From Candidatus Nitrosocosmicus sp. (GTDB taxonomy: Archaea; Thermoproteota; Nitrososphaeria; Nitrososphaerales; Nitrososphaeraceae): a stretch of DNA of 13,081 nucleotides. The first letter of the stretch is position 1; each line of letters opens with the position of its first letter. Both the position numbers and the translations under genes were made by a program. Location: assembly GCA_037720485.1 (NCBI GenBank), contig JBBJMN010000056.1, positions 1 through 13,081 of the forward strand, in the 5' to 3' direction. Positions 7,931-12,268 of the stretch are shown piece after piece. The notes beneath the pieces are model-generated. The model searched no databases. It had not been told where the DNA came from and was given only the letters and a program-made list of their open reading frames with translations.

Positions 7931-7941
7931 TTTTTTTTTTT
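7931..7941 (+). terminator. Oligo-T (T11) archaeal-type terminator after the histidine phosphatase gene
   Basis: T11 begins 2 nt after the TGA stop (7927-7929). Oligo-T tracts are the established archaeal termination signal. Confidence 0.6.
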
Positions 7942-7999
7942 GGTTGCGCGCAATTTTGCCATCAAAAAGCAATGATTTTACTTCTTAATAGCAAAAACC

Positions 8000-8015
8000 T
8001 TAAATTAGTATAAAG
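8000..8015 (+). promoter_or_regulatory. Putative BRE/TATA region of the subunit II transcription unit
   Basis: AAAAACC-TTAAATTAGTATAAAG. The TATA-like GTATAAAG at 8008-8015 lies about 37 nt upstream of TTG 8049, implying a short leader containing GGGAG. Confidence 0.3.
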
Positions 8016-8048
8016 TTAACCAAACCGCAGAGAGTGAAATAAGGGAGA

Positions 8049-8324
8049 TTGGCTTATTCCTATAATAAAATCCTGATTTTTTTTATTTTGGCTTCTGTAA
8101 CAGTCCTTGGTCTGCAAAGTGTCATTCAAATAGTGCAAGCTCAAGAGGAGGGTGGCGAGATTGTCATAAGGCGAGTAGCAATTTGGGATTTATTTTATAG
8201 ATTGATGGTTGTTGCCTTTGGTGTAGGAGCTGTGGTTCAGGGTGTACAGATATATGCAACGTGGAGATTCAGGGAATCTCATCCCCGATTTAAGGCTTCT
8301 GGCAATTTAGGAGGCACCAAGTAA
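8049..8324 (+). CDS. Detached N-terminal module of heme-copper oxidase subunit II (signal-peptide-like segment + TM1 + start of cytoplasmic loop)
   Basis: 91 aa, TTG start. Hydrophobic N-terminus ending VQAQEE, then a TM helix (LFYRLMVVAFGVGAVVQGVQIYA) followed by WRFRES. This resembles the canonical post-TM1 CoxII motif as I recall it (B. subtilis CtaC ...YVIVRFRRS). Its stop overlaps the next gene's ATG (TAATG, 8322-8326). Confidence 0.55.
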   Translation: MAYSYNKILIFFILASVTVLGLQSVIQIVQAQEEGGEIVIRRVAIWDLFYRLMVVAFGVGAVVQGVQIYATWRFRESHPRFKASGNLGGTK

Positions 8325-9286
8325 TGGGTCACAGTACCCCTGAATGGGCATTTATTGTTGTTGTAATTGCTTTGCTGATTTATGTGGGTGCGGAATCATG
8401 GAGGGTAGAGCACACACTAGAGTTTGCACCCCCCAACTCCGAAACGGTTAGAGTCATAGGCCAGCAATGGTTTTGGTCCTTTGAGCATGCTGATGGAACA
8501 AAAGAGGTAAATGAGCTTCACCTAAAAACCGACATACCCTATAGGTTTGAAATAGTTTCTAATGATGTTGTTCATGATTTTGCAGTTCCCGATTTCGCAA
8601 TTCTTATGGATGCAGTTCCGGGAAGGGTAAACACGGTATGGAACGTATTTGATGTGCCTGGGGAATATCTTGTGGAATGCAGGGAATATTGCGGCCAATT
8701 GCATCAGGATATGAGGGCAAGACTGTTTGTTGAGCCAAACGAGGGTTCAGGCCCAGTACCAATGAATGGTACGGTGCAGCAACAAAGTGAAGCACCAACT
8801 GTATCCAGTGGCACAGGAACTGCTGGGGTTATAGCACCCGGTGGAACAGGTGAAGTTACTCAAGGAACCGGAACAGCTAGGTTAGTTGAACCGGGTCCAC
8901 TAACACAAAATACTACTACCACCCCTGCACCAGCTGCCAACGCAACCAATGCAACCGGCACTACCAATGCAACTAGTTCTGCTGCTGCACCCGGTGCAAC
9001 ATTATCCATTCCTGCAGGCGCCGCAACGCCCGGAAACCCGCCATATACTCCAACAGAGTTGTCGGTTAAGAAGGGGGATGTAGTAAATGTGGTAAATGAT
9101 GACAATGCCCCACATACTGCGACTAGCGGCAATGGACCTGAAGATGCCGGTAAGGCATTTGACACAAGTCTAATAATGCCAGGAGCGTCTGCAACAATAG
9201 ACACATCAACTATGGAGGCAGGTGAGTATCCTTACCATTGTACAGTCCATCCATTCATGAAAGGAACACTCACTGTTACTGCATAA
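8324..9286 (+). CDS. coxB: Heme-copper oxidase subunit II (TM2 + CuA cupredoxin) fused to a C-terminal amicyanin-like type-1 copper domain
   Basis: TM helix (WAFIVVVIALLIYVG), the CoxII hallmark GQQWFWSFEH, CuA ligands H84 (VVHDFAVPDF) and C119-x-E-x-C123-G-x-x-H127-x-x-M130 (CREYCGQLHQDM, nt 8678-8713). Low-complexity linker at aa 138-228. C-terminal cupredoxin with H264 (NAPHTATSG) and C306-x2-H309-x2-M312 (YHCTVHPFMKG), matching the amicyanin loop CTPHPFM as I recall it. Confidence 0.9.
   Translation: MGHSTPEWAFIVVVIALLIYVGAESWRVEHTLEFAPPNSETVRVIGQQWFWSFEHADGTKEVNELHLKTDIPYRFEIVSNDVVHDFAVPDFAILMDAVPGRVNTVWNVFDVPGEYLVECREYCGQLHQDMRARLFVEPNEGSGPVPMNGTVQQQSEAPTVSSGTGTAGVIAPGGTGEVTQGTGTARLVEPGPLTQNTTTTPAPAANATNATGTTNATSSAAAPGATLSIPAGAATPGNPPYTPTELSVKKGDVVNVVNDDNAPHTATSGNGPEDAGKAFDTSLIMPGASATIDTSTMEAGEYPYHCTVHPFMKGTLTVTA
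8735..9007 (+). other. Low-complexity Thr/Ala/Gly/Pro/Asn-rich inter-domain linker inside coxB, with clustered N-x-T sequons
   Basis: aa 138-228: PNEGSGPVPMNGTVQQQSEAPTVSSGTGTAGVIAPGGTGEVTQGTGTARLVEPGPLTQNTTTTPAPAANATNATGTTNATSSAAAPGATLS. It contains five N-x-T sequons (NGT, NTT, NAT x3) and an internal GTGTA...TQ duplication. Confidence 0.8.
9011..9286 (+). repeat. Copy A of the duplicated cupredoxin-domain coding segment (pairs with 11344-11619)
   Basis: Codon-by-codon hand alignment over 276 nt: about 45 mismatches (about 84% nt identity), 9 of 91 residues different. About 48% GC by hand count. Confidence 0.9.
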
Positions 9287-9307
9287 TCGTTTGTCCACAA
9301 CTTCTAA

Positions 9308-9343
9308 TTTTTTATTGATGTAGTATATTTTTATATTTTTTTT
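9308..9343 (+). terminator. Cluster of oligo-T tracts (T6, T5, T8) after coxB
   Basis: T6 at 9308-9313, T5 at 9328-9332 and T8 at 9336-9343, starting 22 nt after the coxB stop. Confidence 0.45.
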
Positions 9344-9485
9344 ATAATTTATAACCTGTATTATTGTTATATTAAAACATGTTTTATTACTTTTACAGAT
9401 GTGCTTATTGCATTATGGAAAAGAAAATATCTCTTTAACAATTTATCAAGTGATGAATTGGGATTATTTTGCTTAATCCAAATGC

Positions 9486-9519
9486 TTTTATAGACTTTAT
9501 TGAAAATATGGAATATAAG
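9486..9519 (+). promoter_or_regulatory. Two candidate TATA boxes upstream of coxA (TTTTATAG 9486-9493; AATATAAG 9512-9519)
   Basis: AT-rich 250-bp spacer. These boxes are centred about 47 and about 21 nt upstream of TTG 9537. Confidence 0.3.
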
Positions 9520-9536
9520 GGTGTTATACTAAAAAA

Positions 9537-11069
9537 TTGGTACTAGAATTAAAAAAGCCCAGGCCGATTTGGGAAATAATATTTTCTACTCACCATACTG
9601 ACATAGGGTTACTGTACATTATTACATCAATTGTAGCTTTATTTGCGGGTGGTGGATTGGCAATGGCAATAAGAGCAGAATTGTTTTTGCCGGGTATTCA
9701 GATATTTACCGGGCAGGAGGATTTCGCAAGATTCTTTACTATGCATGGTACCACAATGTTGTTTTTGTGGGCAATACCATTTGCGGCAGGGGTTGGTAAT
9801 TATTTAATTCCAATCATGGTCAGGTACAAAGATATGGCGTGGCCAAAGCTAAATGCTGTTGCATTTTGGATGATACCTCCAAGCATTTTTCTGCTTTGGG
9901 GGGGCTTTTCAGATACCGGTTGGACGGCCTATCCTCCATATTCCATATTAAAGGCACCTGCCCCAGCTGCCGATATGTGGATATTTGCACTTACGTTTCT
10001 TGGATTATCTTCTTTACTGGGTGCAGTAAACTTTGTGGTGACTATATTGAAGATGAAACATCCTGATTTGCCCTTAATGAAGATGTCTCTATTCTCATGG
10101 GCAACATTGAGTACTTCGCTTATGATCATCGTGGCTATACCGACTTTTGCTGCTGCTCTGGTCATGCTAACAACCGATAGGTTGGGTGTGACTGGATTCT
10201 TCAACGCTGAGATGGGGGGTGATCCTATAGCCTATCAGCACCTGTTTTGGTTTACATTCCATCCAGAGGTTTACATATTCATTCTGCCTGCCATAGGGAT
10301 GCTGTATGAATTGATTCCAACATTCTCAAGGAAGCCTATATTTAGCTATTACTCGGGTGTGATAGCACTGGTGCTGATAGCGGTTATAGGATTTGGATCC
10401 TGGGCCCATCACATGTTCGCCACGGGTATGAGTTTTACCGAAAAGACTGTGTTCATGGTTGCAACATTGGCAGCAGTTCCATCATCGGCTATGCACGTGT
10501 TTAACTTTTTGGCGACAATGTGGGGAGGCAGAATCAAATTTGCTGCGCCAATGCTGTTTGGGTCTGCCGCCATAATGCTGTTTTACGCATCGGGAGCAGG
10601 AGGTGTTGTCAACACTGCACTTCCACTGGACTTTTTAACCCATGATAGTTATTGGGTTGTGGGCCACTTCCACCTGCTGCTGATGGGAACCATTTCAATG
10701 ACGTTTACGGGATTCATCTACTATCTGTTTCCGTTGATAACTGGAAGGATGTATAACCAAAAACAGGCAAAGATTCATTTCGTCATTGCATTTATTGGGG
10801 TAATAATGGTATTCATTACCCAGCACATACTGGGTCTCTATGGCATGCCAAGACGAGTTATTGATTATTTGCCAATAGATGAATTGGTGTTGATGAACCA
10901 AATAGCGTCAGTTGGTGCCTTTATGGTTGGGGCGTCCTATGTGCTGTTTGTATATAACTTGGTAAAATCAGCAATGTTTGGTAAGATTGCGGATACAAGG
11001 GATCCATTTGAACTAGGAAAGGGAGTGGAGTATTATTATGACTACGCACGACGAGACCCACATCATTAG
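9537..11069 (+). CDS. coxA: Heme-copper oxidase subunit I (A-type-like)
   Basis: 510 aa, about 12 TM helices. Low-spin heme His in FTMHGTTMLF. HPEVY (10260-10274) carries CuB His, the cross-link Tyr and the A1-type Glu. WAHHMF supplies the CuB His pair (10407-10412). GHFHLL supplies His ligands to both hemes (10665-10673). D-channel-like GNYLIP...KDMAWPKLN. TTG at 9537 is the only start available after the in-frame TAA at 9516-9518 and before the conserved N-terminus. Confidence 0.95.
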   Translation: MVLELKKPRPIWEIIFSTHHTDIGLLYIITSIVALFAGGGLAMAIRAELFLPGIQIFTGQEDFARFFTMHGTTMLFLWAIPFAAGVGNYLIPIMVRYKDMAWPKLNAVAFWMIPPSIFLLWGGFSDTGWTAYPPYSILKAPAPAADMWIFALTFLGLSSLLGAVNFVVTILKMKHPDLPLMKMSLFSWATLSTSLMIIVAIPTFAAALVMLTTDRLGVTGFFNAEMGGDPIAYQHLFWFTFHPEVYIFILPAIGMLYELIPTFSRKPIFSYYSGVIALVLIAVIGFGSWAHHMFATGMSFTEKTVFMVATLAAVPSSAMHVFNFLATMWGGRIKFAAPMLFGSAAIMLFYASGAGGVVNTALPLDFLTHDSYWVVGHFHLLLMGTISMTFTGFIYYLFPLITGRMYNQKQAKIHFVIAFIGVIMVFITQHILGLYGMPRRVIDYLPIDELVLMNQIASVGAFMVGASYVLFVYNLVKSAMFGKIADTRDPFELGKGVEYYYDYARRDPHH

Positions 11070-11130
11070 AGATAAGAAAGGGGTGTAGAGTATTATTATG
11101 ACAACACACGATGAGGACCACATCATTAGA
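11011..11130 (+). repeat. Tandem direct repeat, period exactly 60 nt, spanning the coxA 3' end, the intergenic spacer and the start of the cupredoxin gene
   Basis: 11021-11070 (GGGAGTGGAGTATTATTATGACTACGCACGACGAGACCCACATCATTAGA) against 11081-11130 (GGGTGTAGAGTATTATTATGACAACACACGATGAGGACCACATCATTAGA): 43/50 identical by hand count. The preceding 10 nt are weakly similar. Confidence 0.85.
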
Positions 11131-11619
11131 ACATCGCCCAGACGATTCCTGAAGGGATTAGCTCTTATTTTAGTCCCTATGACTATCTTGGGCTATTTTA
11201 CAATTACCTATTGGGACTTTACGGCAAGCTATCCACCACCTGTATCCTCTCCGCCCCCTGCTCCTCCAGTAGAAGAGACTACTGGAGGAGCAGGTATCTC
11301 TGCTGCTCCTGCTACGACGGCAACTGGACCGACAATAACTGTACCTGCAGGTGCCGCGACCCCAGGAAACCCGCCCTATACCCCAACAGAGCTGTCGGTT
11401 AAGAAGGGTGAAACAGTTACGGTTGTAAACAATGACAATGCGCCACACACCGCAACCAGTGGCAATGGTCCGGAGGATGCCGGTCAGGCATTTGACACAA
11501 GTCTCATAATGGCTGGGGCATCTGGGACAATAGACACGTCCACTATAGAGGCCGGTGAGTATCCTTTCCATTGTACAGTCCATCCGTTCATGAAAGGAAC
11601 ACTCACCGTTACGGCGTGA
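11098..11619 (+). CDS. Membrane-anchored amicyanin/plastocyanin-like type-1 (blue) copper protein, paralogous to the CoxII C-terminal domain
   Basis: 173 aa. Charged N-terminus, one TM helix (GLALILVPMTILGYFTITYW), a Pro/Thr/Ala-rich linker (YPPPVSSPPPAPPVEETTGGAG...), and a cupredoxin domain with H (NAPHTATSG) and C-x2-H-x2-M (FHCTVHPFMKG). The last 91 aa differ at only 9 positions from coxB aa 230-320. Confidence 0.85.
   Translation: MTTHDEDHIIRTSPRRFLKGLALILVPMTILGYFTITYWDFTASYPPPVSSPPPAPPVEETTGGAGISAAPATTATGPTITVPAGAATPGNPPYTPTELSVKKGETVTVVNNDNAPHTATSGNGPEDAGQAFDTSLIMAGASGTIDTSTIEAGEYPFHCTVHPFMKGTLTVTA
11344..11619 (+). repeat. Copy B of the duplicated cupredoxin-domain coding segment (pairs with 9011-9286)
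   Basis: Same alignment as copy A. About 54% GC by hand count, with more G/C-ending codons than copy A. Confidence 0.9.
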
Positions 11620-11635
11620 CTCGTTGACCCAAACC

Positions 11636-11656
11636 TTTTTTCTTTACTCTGTTTTT
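11636..11656 (+). terminator. Oligo-T tracts (T6, T5) after the anchored cupredoxin gene
   Basis: T6 at 11636-11641 and T5 at 11652-11656, 17 nt after the TGA at 11617-11619. Confidence 0.45.
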
Positions 11657-11658
11657 AG

Positions 11659-11670
11659 ATAAAAATAAAT
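11659..11670 (+). promoter_or_regulatory. Putative TATA box of the ctaA unit (ATAAAAATAAAT)
   Basis: Centred about 26 nt upstream of the decoy ATG at 11692 and about 43 nt upstream of the ctaA ATG at 11708. Confidence 0.3.
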
Positions 11671-11690
11671 TATGCTTAACTTATGTTAGG

Positions 11691-11722
11691 AATGAATTAC
11701 GATAAGAATGAAATACGATAAG
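11691..11722 (+). repeat. Tandem 16-nt duplication containing the ctaA start codon
   Basis: AATGAATTACGATAAG (11691-11706) followed by AATGAAATACGATAAG (11707-11722), 15/16 identical. Each unit carries an ATG (11692 and 11708). Confidence 0.9.
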
Positions 11723-12250
11723 TTTGTTCTTTTGTTCTCTATTGTTACACTATGTGTATTGTTTGGCTTGATGTTTATGGGTGGCTATGTTAGTGCCAGT
11801 GGTGTTGGCTTGTCATGCCCTGACTGGCCACTTTGCCCAAAAGGATTGGCTCCATCGGCTGAATTCCTAATTGAATATGCCCACAGAACCCTTGCTGCCT
11901 CTACAGGGCTTTTGGTTTTAATGACAATGGTTTTTGTGCTTAGAAGCAAAAACTCTATAAAACCTACCAAGGTTTTCTCGATATTTGCTACTATTGTTGT
12001 CTTTGGTCAAATAGCATTGGGCGCTACTGTGATTACTGAGAGATTACATGCCGTTTTAGTGACTGCGCATTTGGGATTGGGGTTGGTGTTATACAGTAGC
12101 CTTATCTTTGTCATTATGAACACATACTATACCAACTTAAGGCTAAAATCATCCTCTGCATCTACATCCATATCATCTGCTCCTGATTCTGACTTCAATG
12201 AGAAAAAACCTTCCGTGGAATACTCTCCAAACAAAACAAGTAATAATTGA
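11708..12250 (+). CDS. ctaA: Compact (4-TM, half-size) heme A synthase, COX15/CtaA family
   Basis: N-terminal TM followed by GVGLSCPDWPLCPKG (the CtaA Cys-pair loop). EYAHRTLAAS (E-x-x-H-R helix-2 motif). Two more TM helices, the last with a conserved His (AVLVTAHLGLGL). Only 4 TM helices plus a ~45-aa Ser-rich tail. Confidence 0.8.
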   Translation: MKYDKFVLLFSIVTLCVLFGLMFMGGYVSASGVGLSCPDWPLCPKGLAPSAEFLIEYAHRTLAASTGLLVLMTMVFVLRSKNSIKPTKVFSIFATIVVFGQIALGATVITERLHAVLVTAHLGLGLVLYSSLIFVIMNTYYTNLRLKSSSASTSISSAPDSDFNEKKPSVEYSPNKTSNN

Positions 12251-12268
12251 TGAGTGTGTTATTTAGTT

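Noticed and set aside
8316-8330. Programmed -1 ribosomal frameshift joining the two subunit II ORFs
   Set aside because: There is no X XXY YYZ slippery heptamer at ACC AAG TAA TGG, and I saw no obvious downstream hairpin. A precisely placed ATG overlapping the stop (TAATG) is better explained by translational coupling of two ORFs.
8522-9204. Minus-strand ORFs 8522-8704, 8604-8798 and 8860-9204 (114 aa)
   Set aside because: They are antisense to coxB. The long 114-aa ORF is explained by the locally GC-rich, stop-poor linker and cupredoxin coding sequence.
9839-11121. ORFs 9839-10066 (+), 9929-10204 (-), 10695-10901 (-) and 10921-11121 (-)
   Set aside because: They are off-frame or antisense within coxA, whose frame is fixed by multiple heme and Cu ligand motifs.
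11170-11583. 137-aa minus-strand ORF and 63-aa plus-strand ORF (11211-11402) over the anchored cupredoxin gene
   Set aside because: They are Cys/Arg-rich nonsense products of a GC-rich region. The annotated frame carries a full T1Cu ligand set and matches the coxB domain.
11785-11970. 61-aa minus-strand ORF inside ctaA
   Set aside because: It is antisense to an ORF with CtaA motifs.
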